A stretch of 64,000 nt of DNA from Octopus bimaculoides (Eukaryota): the NCBI RefSeq assembly GCF_001194135.2, contig NC_069005.1, positions 7,632,712 through 7,696,711 of the forward strand, in the 5' to 3' direction. The first letter of the stretch is position 1; each line of letters opens with the position of its first letter. The notes beneath the pieces are model-generated. The model worked only from the letters and a program-made list of their open reading frames with translations, was not told where the DNA came from and did not search any database. Positions 50,541 to 64,000 of the stretch are shown in pieces. A program made the position numbers and the translations under genes.

Positions 50541-52790
50541 AATGGATATATGAGGACAACTGTATAAAGAAATGCCACTCATTTAATATGGATAGAGCTT
50601 GCAGAAGGGGAAGATCTAGAAAGACATGAGACGAAGAGGTGAAGGCTGGTCTCATGATTTTGAGCTTCACAGAAAAGATGACTGGTGATACGTGGTTCTG
50701 AAGAAGACTCAACTAAACTAAGTTCGGGGAAGCATTGTGTATGCGCGTGTTTATGCATAACTAGGCCCTTCGCCCTTTCCTCCTCAAGACATCTCTCCAT
50801 CACCTCTCTAACAGCAGCTTTTCCTTGATACCACTAATCTTTCTCACTACATGGAACAGTTTCACTTGATATCCATTCTCTCATGCTTAAAACTGTCTTC
50901 TCCACCCATACTCTACACTGATCGACCCCTTTGGCCACCAGATTATCTCTCCTCTTTCTCCACCACCATATATCTCATTCTCCCATATAACGCAGGTATG
51001 GGCAACCTTTTTTGAAGTGGACCGCATGAGATATGGCTCACCATCAAACAGGCTGCACTACTAAAAGAATTAACCCTTTCGATACCAACGTGCTTGAGAT
51101 CACCCCTGATTCTGTGATATAAAGTTCATGCATAGGTACAGGCGTGGCTGTGTGGTAAGAAGCTTGCTTGCCAACCACATGGCTCCAGGTTCAGTTCCAC
51201 TGCATGGCACCTTGGACAAGTGTTTTCTACTTATAGCCTCAGGCCAACAACAGCATTGTGGAGTGGATTTGGTAGACAGAAACTGAAAGAAGCCCATCAT
51301 GTGTGTGTGTATATATATGGTGTGTATATGTATATCTATTTGTGTGTATCTGTCTGTGTTTGTCCCACCACCGCTACTTGACAACCGGTGTTGGTGTGTT
51401 TGTATCCATGTAGCTTAGTGGTTCAGGACAAGGGCTAATAGAATAAGTCCCAGGCTTAAAAAGGACGTACTGGGGTCAGTTCAATCGACTAAAAATTTGA
51501 GGTGGTGCCCCAGCATGGCTGTAGTCTAATGACTAAAATGAGTAAAAAAATAAAAGATAAATTAAAAACTTCCATTAAAATTCTATGTTAATAACGACGA
51601 AGTTATTTTAGTAATTTCTTCGTTATTTCTAAACTAATTGAAATAAAGGCAGTGTATTTCAACAGAGGGTAAAGGGTAAAGACCCCCTTTGGTCATACAT
51701 GACCATGGGACTGCACCCAGAAAGTTCCCCCCCCCCCCNNNNNNNNNNNNNNNNNNNNNNNNNNNNNNNNNNNNNNNNNNNNNNNNNNNNNNNNNNNNNN
51801 NNNNNNNNNNNNNNNNNCCCAAGGCACAAGTCCAGGCAAGGTTGTTTATGGAAGACCAGCAGTCACCCATGCATAACAGCTTCCTCTCTCCATGCCACCG
51901 ATGTTATCCAAGGGAAAGGTAAAGGCCAATACAGCTTGGAACCAGTGACATCATAACTCATTTCTACAGCTGAGTGAACTGGAGCAATGTGGTATGGGAA
52001 TCACACTCACTACAACATGATTGTGAGCCTGATGCTCTAGCCACTGAGCCATGCACCTTCACATTTCAACAGAAATATGGTAACAAAAAGGGATTAAGGT
52101 AATTTTTCCTTAGTTTTTCAGGCCATAAGCTGCTGTCCATGACTGAGGCCATTGATTTGTTTAAAGTTTTAGAGAAACTGCTTGAAATTGAAGAAATGAA
52201 TTTGTATTATTGTTGGACAGCAAAAATAATTTTTTCTCTTTCCCCACAAAATAAACAAACAAATAAAAAAAAAAAAAACGAAACGTGAATTAAACTAGGT
52301 TTTGTGTGCCAGAAGTGTGATACTCCATGGAACTAGGACAATAAGGTAACAGAGAGGGAGACAGAGAATATTCCTAGCATCTAACAAGAAATAAGTTGGT
52401 TACCCTGTTGTGTAGGAAAGTTGTTGTTTAGTCTCCCAAGTAAGCTTGGATTTAGCAAATCTGTGACCAAAGATATTCCAACCATGACCATCCAATCTCA
52501 TCTTCTAACACTGTATCCGTGACTACATTGCCCAATGTAGCCTTCCTTTTCTGTTTTTTTTAAAAAGGATTTGGCTTCTATTTCTAGTTGGTCAAGCAAC
52601 CACAAAGAAGTTTGGTGGTCTGTTGTCGGCTTGTGTCATAAAGCTTTGTGATCGATGGTAGCCAGGAAAAAGATGGGCTAAGAAAGATACAGAAGAGAAT
52701 TATTAGATATAACCTTAGAATAGCAATAACAGCCTCGGGAAACTCAACAAACAAATGACAAAAACAAAATCTGTGATACTTTGAAATGAC

Positions 52791-53049
52791 TTAACCCTTT
52801 GGTATTTAAACCGGCCATGATAGGCCCAAGTATTCTACCTATTTTATGCTCAAACTGGTTAGATCTGGCCTCTCACACCTACCCTATAATGTAATTCTAA
52901 AAAGGTCAGAAGGGAGTACAATTCCAGGAGAAAATGGCATAATAACATTATTTAGAAGGGCGCACTTCTTTTCTAGAGGGGCATATGCCTCTCAGGCACA
53001 CCCCACCTCCCTTGGATTTGGCAGATTAATCTGAATGCTAAAGGGTTAA
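52791..53049. mobile_element. piggyBac-type MITE with an atypical internal segment
   Basis: TTAACCCTTT...AAAGGGTTAA ends. Confidence 0.7.
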
Positions 53050-53803
53050 TCTTCAGTTACCAAAGACTAACAAAGAATTTCTGGCTTATTTTAGCATAGA
53101 ATAACAGATAACGATAATTTCCATCATCATTGTCATTATTTTAATGTTTACTTCTCCATGATTGCAAGGTTCGGACAGAATTTGTTGAGACAGACTGGAT
53201 AAACTTCCTATTGCCAACCCTCACCAGTCTCCAAGTAAAGTAATATTTCCCCATGACCCAACATGTTTTTCATGGAAAATTGGAAATGCAGGATGCTGCT
53301 TGTTTGACAGAGATGCTCGTTTACAACCAGGGGCAGACTAAGAGTATTAAGGGCCGTCGAGCATAACTGTTTACTGGGTCCCATTGAATGTGTGTTTTAA
53401 TAACAGAGTTAACATGCAGAGTGCAGGCCCCTCAGAGCTCTGGGCCCTCGGGCAGTGCCTGATTGACTGACGGCTCAGTCCGCCCCTGTTTACAACTATT
53501 GTGTAATGTCAAGGTAAGAAGACAGTAACACAAACACACATACATATGTGCACACACACACACAATGAGCTTTTTTCAGTTTCTGTCTACCAAATCAACT
53601 CACAAGGTTTTGGTCATCCCAAGGCAATAATGAAAGACACTTGCCCAAGATGCGACATAGTGGGACTGAACCCAAAGCCACATGCTTAGCAAGCAAGCTA
53701 CTTAACCACACATCCACACCTACACCGATATGATATAGAACATTAAAAAAAAAGTACCATCCAGTGTGCTATTTTAGTTTCTCAACCAATTCTTCTGTAA
53801 AGG

Positions 53804-54123
53804 TAAGGTAAAATTACCCTTCGGTCACGAATAACAATGGGATTGCACCTAGAAAGTTATTCTCTGAGGCACAAGTCTGGGCAAGGTTGTTTACGGAAGA
53901 CTAGCTTCCCCTCTCTGTGCCACTGATATTATCCAAGAGAAAAGTAAAATCCGATACAGCTTGGCACCAGTGATGTCGCAACTCATTTCTACAGCTAAGT
54001 GAACTGGAGTAATATGAAATAAAGTGTCTTGCTCTAGAGCACAACACACAGCCCGGTCCAGGAATCGAACTCACTACCTCATGACTGTGAGTCCAGTGCT
54101 CTAACCGCTGAGCCATGCACCTT
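53804..54123 (-). mobile_element. tRNA-derived SINE, third family
   Basis: Minus-strand head GAAGGTGCATGGCTCAGCGGTTAGAGC...GAGTTCGATTCC. Relatives at 51670-52040(-), 12950-13220 and 27990-28285(-). Confidence 0.8.
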
Positions 54124-54384
54124 CTTATATATGTCTGAATAAAAGGCAGAATTATTTCAGCTAAAATGTCTTAGATGATAATAGATCTACACACCGACAA
54201 GGAGCTTAACTACACCACTCCTCCTTGTATGGTTGGTTGGTAGATATTAAAAAAGAAATCAAATAACAACCTTCATTCTAGTTATCTATGATCAAGGAGA
54301 TGTTAACTTTGTCATTATTAAAGTTAATGTATGGAACATAAATTAACATGAAATTTTGATGAAAAGTTTTAAATAAGACCACTT

Positions 54385-54607
54385 TATGAGGGGTTGTGAA
54401 AAGTTCCTGGTTCTGGGTAAAAGAAAATACAGAAGGATCAGTTAATTATGATTTTATTGAACATATTCCCCTTTCAGATATTCACACACTTATTGCAGTG
54501 GTCCTTCAGTTTTTCTAAGACCTGTAAAAGAACTCGGAAGGTTGGGCCTCCAACGAGGCTTTTCATGATACCCTTAAAGCCAGGAACTTTTCAGCAACCC
54601 CCTTGTA
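54385..54607. mobile_element. Tc1/mariner-type MITE, copy 2
   Basis: TATGAGGGGTTGTGAAAAGTTCCTGG...CCAGGAACTTTTCAGCAACCCCCTTGTA. Confidence 0.75.
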
Positions 54608-54999
54608 AAACAAGAACCTGTACCACAGAATCAAGGGCAGTCACAGAAGGTTTGATATCAAAAGGGTTAAACTCGGAAAACAATTAAGCAATATTACTCA
54701 AGAATTTGCAAGTGAGAGGTGTCAACTAACTCAACAAACAAGACAGGAACAATGTCAGTCTGTTAAATTGAAGAAGCTAAAATAACCAGTTAAACTTGTT
54801 CTGGTTTGTATTTAACAGTGAATAATGTAAATAGAAATGAGATGATTTTAAAGATTAGAGCCTAATTAGTAAGGTAAATTAACACAGTCACGTTATATAG
54901 TAATGATTAGTGTCTCCTGGGGAGTCACTTGTCATATGTTCCGATTATATGTAAGACGCATCTTCTTCAGATATGACTATTGCTCTACTTAGAAAGCTT

Positions 55000-55200
55000 C
55001 TACATGGCTGCTAGAAATAGCAGCCAAATCTCCATTGAATCACACTCTACTGTTTTAAATAAGGGAAGAACACGTTAGATAATGTAGTCTTAACCCCTAA
55101 AAAAGATGGGATGATCAAGGGTTAAATGTGCTTGACCGTAAGTCTGTCTGTTTTAATTAAGAGTTGATTTAAAATTAAACAACTTATTCCAGCAAAGACA
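55000..55200 (+). repeat. Representative of an abundant degenerate GCTAGAAATAGCAGCCAAATC interspersed repeat
   Basis: The motif recurs near 10570, 33850, 34640, 35490, 35810, 41580, 42070, 49135, 55010 and 55430; class unknown. Confidence 0.6.
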
Positions 55201-58004
55201 CCTCTATGTGGCTGCTCGATCTACTATAAACAGCAGACAAAATCCACTTGAAATCACACCTTATTGCCTTGCATAAAGAAAAGACAGTTGGATCATATAA
55301 TTTTTATGTATCCCTAAAAAGGAAGGATGGCCAAGGCTTCTGATCACAGGTCTGCTTAAGCAAGGTTGATTTGAATCTAAAGATCTGTTTGCTTCAGTGA
55401 GGGTACTGTCATATGATCATCCGACCTGCTAGAAACTGCAGCCACAAATTGCACCCTACTGCTTTAACCCTTTTGTTACCATTTTTCTGTTGAAAAACAC
55501 TACCTTTGTTTGGATTAACTTAGAAAATAATGAAGAATTTAGTATAATAACTGTCATATTAAATTAGTATTTGGAACATAATTTAATCTGTAATATTAGT
55601 TCCAAATTTTGGCACAAGGCCAGCAATTTCAGGGGAGGGTTAAGTCGATTACATCAACCCCAGTGCTCAACTGGTACCTATTTTATTGATCCCAGCAGAA
55701 TTTCAACTAGGAATGTAAAAACAAATGTAAAAAATGCAGCTAAGCATTTCACCCAGCATGCTAATGGTTCTGCCAACTCACTGCCTTAATTTAATATGAA
55801 ATATTAATAGAAAGTTTTAATAGGAAGGGCATCCAGCTGTAGAAACTCTGCCAGATCAAATTGGAGCCTGGTGTAGCCATCTGGTTCTCCAGTCCTCAGT
55901 CAAATCGTCCAACCCATGCTAGCATGGAAAGCAGATGTTAAACGATGATGATGATGATGATGATGATCCCTTTAGAAGAAGAATTTTGTATCATAGAAAC
56001 AAGGGCAGGGTCAGGCATGTTAGTCTCAAAATAGTTAAAAAGAAAAAGGAGACATTGGACAATGTAGTCCTAGATAGACGAAAAGCTGTGATGATGGGAT
56101 GGTTGAGGTTGGTATGATTTGGATCATAGGTAGGTCTGCTCAAACACAGCTAACCTGAGGCTAAATGAAACAAACAACTTGTTCCAATTTGCACCAAAAT
56201 AATAACTAATAATTCAACATGGTAAATGGTTACAGTGGAGAACCAGCTGAGAAGGTATAGAGACTTCTAAAAGATTCGGACTTCCATAGGTGCAGGCAAT
56301 GGCCGCGTGGTAAGAAGCTTGGTTCCCAACACATGGTTTTGGGTTTCAGTCCCAATGCATGGCACCTTGGGCAAGTGTCTTCTACTGTAGCCTCAAGCTG
56401 ACCGAAGCCTTGTGAGTGGAATTAGTAGATGGAAACAGAAAGAACCCCATTGTGTATGTGTGTACGTGTGTTTTCATGTTAGTCCCCACGCTGCTTGAAA
56501 ACCTCTGTAACTTAGCAGTTTGGCAAATAGAATAAGCACCAGGTTTTAAAAAGCAAGTACAGGGGTTGATTTATTCAGCTAAAACTCTTCAAGGAGATGC
56601 CCCAGCATGACCACAGTTCAATGAGTGAAACAAGTAAAAGATAAAACCCTGTAATTCAACCTGATAAACCTAATGGGTAGAGAAGAAGGAGAACCACTTG
56701 TGAAGGTACACAAACTTCAAAAGATTTAGACTTTCACAACAATTCAGCTACTGTTATTATAGAAAAAAAAAAAAAGTGGATTAAAAAAAATTTATTATCA
56801 GAATTCACATTTCACAACAATGTCCATGCACTAATTTCTTATCTTGCCAGATAAAACTAGTTCAATAATTCTATTGATTATAGACTCGGTGGAAAGCATT
56901 TATAAAAAAAAAGTCAGAAGTTTGTTACACTTAGAAATGTCTTGAATGAACTATTTTGAATACTGCATGGACTTAGCATTAATTTAATGTTCTTTGTGAA
57001 TTGTGTAACAAGCGAATATTTGCCATGTGTAAGGTCACATGCTCAAACTTGAATCAAACCTACAGTCAAATATATTTTATATATGATTTTCTAAGGGGTG
57101 GAGGCACACGGTTTAGTGATTAAGGCTGTTGCATTCATGATCGTAGTTTCAATTCTTGGATCAGGCAACAACACATTGTTCTTGAGCAATCATTTCACAT
57201 TGTTTCAGTTCACTCAGCTGGAAAAAATGAGTAATCCTGCAATGGACTGGTGTCCTGTCCAGGTGGGGAACATATAAACCAGGAAACCAGCCCTATGAGT
57301 CTACATGACTTGGCAATGAACTTTACTTTTTAATTTTACTTTCTAAGGGACTGTGGTCTATTGGATAAAACAAATTAAACATGTTCCCTTTTAACTGCCG
57401 ATTACTGTTCATCTCGCAGACTTCTACACAGAGTGGACTTTGCTAAAGGGACCCAAAAGCTAAGTAGTTTGATGTTAAACCAGATAAGATCGATTCTACT
57501 ACAGATACAGCTTGTCTCATGGAGTTCCACACAGTACATGTTTAACCCTTCTGTTACCATATTTCTGTAAAATAACTGAGTCATCATAAAGCCGGTGCTT
57601 GAAACATAAATAATGTGGAATATTGATGGTTTAAATTTAGATCACTTGAAAATAGGAAGGTTGTATTAGAAAATCAGGTCTGCTCTAAAGTGGGGTTGAT
57701 ATAGAAAGGGGCCAAACTAGTTTCATTTATAATACTTGAAGGATTTGGTAGAAGACACTGGAATCAGACTTGGATCTACACAGCCATGCTTGTATAGGAA
57801 TGTGTATTTTCGTTAGTGATATAATAACACTTTATACAGACTTCACTCTGCTTTATAAAACAACAACAACAAGCAGATATTAAATGATGATGATGATGAT
57901 GATAAAGCAGATAACATTCTATATAAGGAGTTATTACATCACTGGTAAAAATACACATTGCTAAACAGGCATGGCTATGTAGCAATAGCCAGCATACTCT
58001 CAGT

Positions 58005-58295
58005 TCCATTCAAGAAATGGTTTTCACACTTCAAGGAAGGGAAATTCAACCTCACAGACTGCCCACATTCTGGCCAACATGTTCAGTTCAACGAGGATTG
58101 GTTGAACGAAAACATCCAAAAGGATCCACACCAATCCACCAGGAAACCAGTTCAGGAGATGGGATGCTCTCAAGGCACCACAACTCATCACATTCACTCA
58201 ATGGGTAAGGCCTTGTGGTTTCTACCATCAAGGCATTGACAAGCTAATGGAACATTGACAAGAAGTTGTAAACAATGAAGGAGAATACATATTTG
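58005..58295 (+). pseudogene. Mariner transposase remnant (HTH region fused to the extreme C-terminus)
   Basis: KWFSHFKEGKFNLTDCPHSGQ...DPHQSTRK...HIHSMGK is followed directly by FYHQGIDKLMEH*QKVVNNEGEYIFD. The DD34D catalytic domain is deleted. Confidence 0.8.
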
Positions 58296-58340
58296 ACTGG
58301 TTTGTTAAAATTGTTCTTGAAAAAAAAAAAAAAAAAAGGA

Positions 58341-58550
58341 TCAACCCTTTAACATTCAACTTACTTCATATTCTTTTGAATTAATCACTCATAATCTTCT
58401 AGTTTTAAAATTTTGATGATATGATTGTGTATTTTTAGAATGACATTGTAGGGTAGGTGTGAAAGGCCAGATCTGGCTGGTTTAAACAACAAAAAAAAAC
58501 AAGTAAAATATTTGGGGCAGATATGGCCAGTTTAAATGCTAAAGGGTTAA
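58341..58550. mobile_element. piggyBac-type MITE
   Basis: CCCTTTAACATT...AATGCTAAAGGGTTAA; same family as 4375. Confidence 0.7.
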
Positions 58551-59620
58551 AATAAATAGAAAAAATTTTATCTGACAGCTCAATACTACAAGGAAATAAC
58601 ATTATGAAACAAACAGATGTAGTTTAAAACCATACCAAAAGACTTAAATAAAGGGATTTACCTTAAAGCTCAGTAACTCTAATCAGACAAATATTTTTAG
58701 TGGCATGTTGGTGCTTAATCCCAAGTCAACCCTGAATGAGTAGATCTATGATCAGAGGCTTTCCATATATGACCCTACAGCCTTGTCTTTTGATAGGACA
58801 CAGACATAGGAGCTCGGTGCAGTTATGCCCATTTGTCGGTTCCTGTTGAACTGTTCAACCTATGCCAGCATGGAAAAAAAGAGACATTAAATGATGATTA
58901 TGATGCCTCCTATTAAAGAGATTATTGACAAAATGTTGGCTTCAATGTACGAGAACCTAATCACAGACTCTAAAGAATTTATCACTTAAAAAAAAAAAAT
59001 GCAAGCATTAGCTGGAAATTCAATCTATTTTCATTGTTTAAATGTTTTAGTATATCACCATTATGCTATTAGCCTGTACTAACCTTTCCCTGTTGTTGAA
59101 AAAAAGTTGGGAATGAAAGTTGTTTTGTAATAAGCACTTAAATAAATAAATTAAATGAATTGATATCCGTTTTTTTTTTTTTTTAAACATTTGAAAATTC
59201 CTATCATTCTTGAGTTATGATCAAATATTAAAAAAATGTTTTTGAAATCAAATAGCCAAACAAGTAAGGAAGGAGTGGGGGGTGCAGTTCTATAACAATC
59301 TCATTCGGCAGAGGTTGATAGTTAATCAAAATGACATGATAATTATACATTTAAATAAATCAATAAAAAATTTTATTGCAAAAAAAGGAAGGAAGGCACT
59401 CCATATTAAAAAAAACAAAATCAATAATATTATCACAATATTTTGTTAATCAAAATACTTTCTTCTATTCCTAAACTATGACTAAGAAATAAATAATATT
59501 AGTCATTTTTTAAATAATTTTGTTATGAAAGATGGAAGACTAAGTAACCTTCATATGCACTGTTGGTTTATATGCTTTGTTTAGGTGGAGGATCACTAAT
59601 CAAACCACTCACACACACAC

Positions 59621-59673
<53 letters not shown>

Positions 59674-62600
59674 TAGATATATAGGCAATAAGCACAGTCC
59701 TGGCTGTGTGAAATTTGCTTCCGAGCCATATGGTTCCAGGTTCAATCCCAGTATGTGGCACGTTATGCAAGTGTTTTCTGCTATAGTCCCAGGCTGACCC
59801 AAGTCTTGTTAATGAATTTGGTAGGCACTAGTCATATCTGTCCCAAATATTCTACCAGATCTGCCCTCTCATACCTACCCTACAATGTTATTCTAAAACT
59901 ACATGTTCACAACATTCAAATTTCGAAGCTATGAGATAACGTGTGGTTAGTTCAAAATAATGTGAATAGATAAGCAATACAAAGAGTTTTGTGCCAGTGC
60001 CATGCAAAAAGGACTCATGCTGGCACCATGTAAAAGCGCACATGCCAGTGTCGTGTTAAAAGCACCCAGCATGTACTGTAAAGTGGTTGGTGTTAGGAAG
60101 GGCATCCAGCTGTAGAGACCACCAAGCCAAAACAGACTGGAACCTGGTGCAGCTCCCCAGCTCTGGTGAAAACGTCCAACCCATGCCAGCATGGAAAACA
60201 GACGTTAAAGGATGATGATGATGATGATGTCTGGCAGAGTAATCTGACTACTAAAGGGTTAAGTGACCACATTGAAACTGCTCTCCTCAGCTCAAGTTGA
60301 GGTAGTCGTCAAGTAATGTGATGAATGACAGCTATTTATTTGTGATAAACCGGNNNNNNNNNNAGCAATGTGATGAATGACAGCTATTTATTTGTGATAA
60401 ACCTGCAGCATTGATTTTTTCTGCCTCTGACAACACATCATCAACTTTTTATCTCATTTAATAATCAATACTGTCAACCATCATATAAAAGTTTAAGCAT
60501 TTTTATAACAACATCAACAAACATGAAATCAATTGTTTTTCGGCTTGCGAAGACCTGTTGGGGCGAGCGAAAGCGAAATCGTGATGGCACCTGTGCCCAG
60601 CGTCGCCTTCTTGGCACTTGTGCTGGTGGCACGTGTAAAGACATTCGAGCGAGATCGTTGCCAGTGCCGCTGGACTGGCCCCCGTGCAGGTGGCACGTAA
60701 AATACACCATTTTGAGCGTGGCCATTGCCAGTACCACCTGACTGGCCTTCGTGCTGGTGGCACGTAAAAGCACCCACTACACTCACGGAGTGGTTGGCAT
60801 TAGGAAGGGCATCCAGCTGTAGAAACTCTGCCAAATCAGATTGGAGTCTGGTGTAGCAATCTACTTCACCAGTCCTCAGTCAAATCATCCAACCCATGCT
60901 AGCATGGAAAGCGGACGTTAAATGACGAACATAGTTTGAAATAAAGAAGAGTTGAATGTAAGAGGAAAATTATTTATTTGTAGTTGTTTAGCCCAAGGTA
61001 AGTCCTGATCAAGCAGACGCATGATCAAAAACATCCTAACCCATTTATTACCACTACTAATAAATGACAAAGGGTTCTGTTTGAAAATTGAGACTTTTCA
61101 TCATCTGCATGGCAAAATAGTTTACTTCTCTTAATGGACTTTTTATTAATACTATTTGCTAACACACACAATTGCTAGTTTCTCTGGAATAGACCAGTTC
61201 ACCCATCCCTAATATATACCAGGTGTATACATTTTCTATTCTGTACAAAGTAAGACTCCCCTAAAGATTCCAATAATAATGTTTGTAAAATATGCAGATA
61301 ATTAAAATAAATGTGATAGGCTTACACAATGATCATAGTGTAAAGTACCTGATATTTAATTAATTTCCAAGTTCAAGCATAACTTGACATTCTCTCCTCT
61401 CATTAGATGCTTTGCAACTCTGAATTTCAAACATTCATCTATTTCTGTACATACGCATGCGTAAACTGTCTTCCTATTTCTACAAACTCCATACACCTCC
61501 ATGGAAACTGAATCTAAAATCAGATCGACAAGATAAAGATAATCAGTTGGATTTACATAGAAACACCCATAAATTGTCTACAAACCATAATTCTAATTCT
61601 ATATATTAAAGAAATACACGTGTCTGTGCACAACTCTTCTAAACAAGTAATACCAATTACAAGTTCACAATCACACCAGAATATCAATAGACCTGACTTA
61701 AATAAAAAAAACAAAATGGAAGGAGAAAGGAAAAGTGAAATGCACTGGTGTGTGCATGTACACGACATTTTGATCCGATTAAATGAACAATTAGCTCATC
61801 ATCATCATCATCAACATCATTTAGCATCTGCTTTCCATACTGGTATGGGTTAGATGGTTTGACTGGAACTGGTTAGCTGGGGAGCTGCACCAGGCTCCAG
61901 AATGATTTGGCTTCATTTCTATGGCTGGATACCCTTCCTAATGCCAACCACAGTGTAGTGGCTGCCTTTAACATGTCACCAGCACAGGTGCCTTTTACAC
62001 GGTCATGGGCACAAGTGTCTTTTATGTGTCAGTGACACTGGCCATGTCTACGATTTCAATTGGTTTGACGTGTCTTCTCAAGCACAGCAAATCACCAAAG
62101 GTCTCAATCACTTGTCATCACCTCCATGAGACTCAACATCCAAAGATCTCGCTTCTTTGAAATATTTAAAATGATATACAAATTACATACATGTCACACA
62201 ACTATTATAAATATATTAATCAAAGTATATAGGATTATAGATCCATTTCAGCTGATCTTACCAATTGATTTTGCACTGGGTATTAGATAACTGGATATTT
62301 AATAACTATGCTGTTAACTAACACCATGTGCTCTTCAGAGATATCAGTTATCTATGGCCAGTGTGAAACCAACTGGGAAGATTGGCTGAAATGGAACTAA
62401 AAGCCCTTATATACTTTATATTTTAATATACCCACTCTATTGACAAATATATATAAACACACATACACACATTAAATATAGACATAATAACACATGACAT
62501 TATAGTAAAACAATTCTTTATGATACTGTAAAATTGACAGTTTACATTATAAGTTTCAAATTGTTTGTTTTATTTATATTTGTTGTGCTACCGAATATTT

Positions 62601-63237
62601 TGATTATAAAGGTAAAGATAGAATGAGAAAGAGTGGTGGGTGAAAAAGCCAGAGAGAAAGAAAGGGTGAGTGTGGCGGACAGTGGATGAAAGAATAACTT
62701 AAAATATTAATAAAAAGACTAAAGCAACGAGAGTGAATGCATGTGATAAATAGAGACATTTCCCTTTGTTAACATGGTATGGCTGAAAAGGGATCTGGTT
62801 AAGGTTCTAAATTTGATCCCAAAGTGCAGTAACCTGGTCATGAGACATGTATCTTTTATCTGTTTAGGTCATGTAACTATAGCCTTGCTGGGGCATTGCC
62901 TTGAAGAAGGCAATGCCCCAGTACTCATTTCTTTACTTTAAGCCTGGTACTTATTATATCAGACTCTTTTTGCCGAAGCACTATGTTGCAGGTAGGTAAA
63001 CAAACCAACATCGGTTATCAAGCAGTGATGGGGAAGAAACACAGACACAAAGACACATACACACACATATATATGCAGCAGGCTTTTTTGAGTTTCTGCC
63101 TACAAATCCACTCACAAGGCTTTGGTCAGCCCAAAGCTATAGTAGAAGACATTTGCCCAAGGTGCTATGCAGTGGGACTGAACCTGAAACCATGTGGTTG
63201 TGAAGTAAGTTTCTTACCACACTACCATGTCTGTGCC

Positions 63238-63315
<78 letters not shown>

Positions 63316-63725
63316 ACACACACACACATCTTCAAAATGAACCCCAGCATGGCTGCAGTCTAATGATTGAAACAAGTGTCATATATATCACCATCATCAT
63401 CGTTTAACGTCTGCTTTCCATGCTATCCAGTTATCTAATACCCAGTGCAAATATATACATACACACACAATGTAAAAACCCAGCTAATTACTTGTTTAAA
63501 TATGCAAAACCATAAACTCCAGCGTTAATTTTGAAAATAATAACTGTTAAAGATAGAGTTGTGGATATAAAAAAAAGTGGGAAATCTAAAGCACAAACTC
63601 TAAATAGGTTATACATAAATTGGTAATATTGATTTGTGTCCTGATTTCACACACACATACATGTGCTTGTGTGTACATATATATGTATATGTGTATATAT
63701 ATATACGTACGTGTGTATGTATATC

Positions 63726-63756
<31 letters not shown>

Positions 63757-63757
<1 letters not shown>

Positions 63758-64000
63758 GAGGCGCAATGGCCCAGTGGTTAGGGCAGTGGACTCGCGGTTT
63801 CGATTCCCAGGCCAGGCGTTGTGAGTGTTTATTGAGCGAAAACACCTAAAGCTCCACGAGGCTCCGGCAGGGGGTGGTAGCGAACCCTGCTGTACTCTTT
63901 CACCACAACTTTCTCTCACTCTTTCTTTCTGTTGTAACTGTAATTCAAAGGGCCAGCCTTGTCACACTGTGTCACGCTGAATATCCCCGAGAACTACGTT
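63757..64000 (+). mobile_element. tRNA-derived SINE, same family as 49997, running off the window
   Basis: Near-identical head and body. Confidence 0.85.

Noticed and set aside
61518-61853. 112-codon open frame in AT-rich sequence
   Set aside because: No homology or clear splice boundaries, and it ends in a retroposon (CAT)n tail.

Overview
AT-rich, repeat-dense eukaryotic genomic DNA with N-gaps. The SINE/MITE families and microsatellite load suggest an Octopus genome (inference). Three conserved genes are well supported. (1) The 5' part of DNA topoisomerase III alpha on the minus strand: six coding exons at 11157-11032, 7450-7317, 5549-5474, 4736-4628, 3198-3147 and 1852-1761, continuing left out of the window. 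(2) A UQCC4/CCSMST1 (C16orf91)-family mitochondrial complex III assembly factor exon on the plus strand (43749-44177). (3) An intron-containing replacement histone H3.3 gene on the minus strand (46380-46099 joined to 45524-45396), convergent with UQCC4. The rest is mostly tRNA-derived SINEs, RTE and RLE-type LINE remnants, DNA transposons/MITEs (hAT, mariner, piggyBac, Merlin-like), a Gypsy-type solo LTR and microsatellites. The most interesting observations are: a dual-ATG TOP3A start overlapped by an out-of-frame uORF; a multi-promoter H3.3 locus with seven co-oriented CCAAT boxes; an 89-bp duplication of the UQCC4 branch point/acceptor; two candidate unrecognised spliced small-protein genes (20.2 kb plus, 30.7 kb minus); a tandem MITE array; and two perfect inverted repeats. 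No CRISPR array, rRNA or bona fide tRNA gene was seen, and I found no unambiguous novel multi-gene system. All calls were made by eye; no searches were run.
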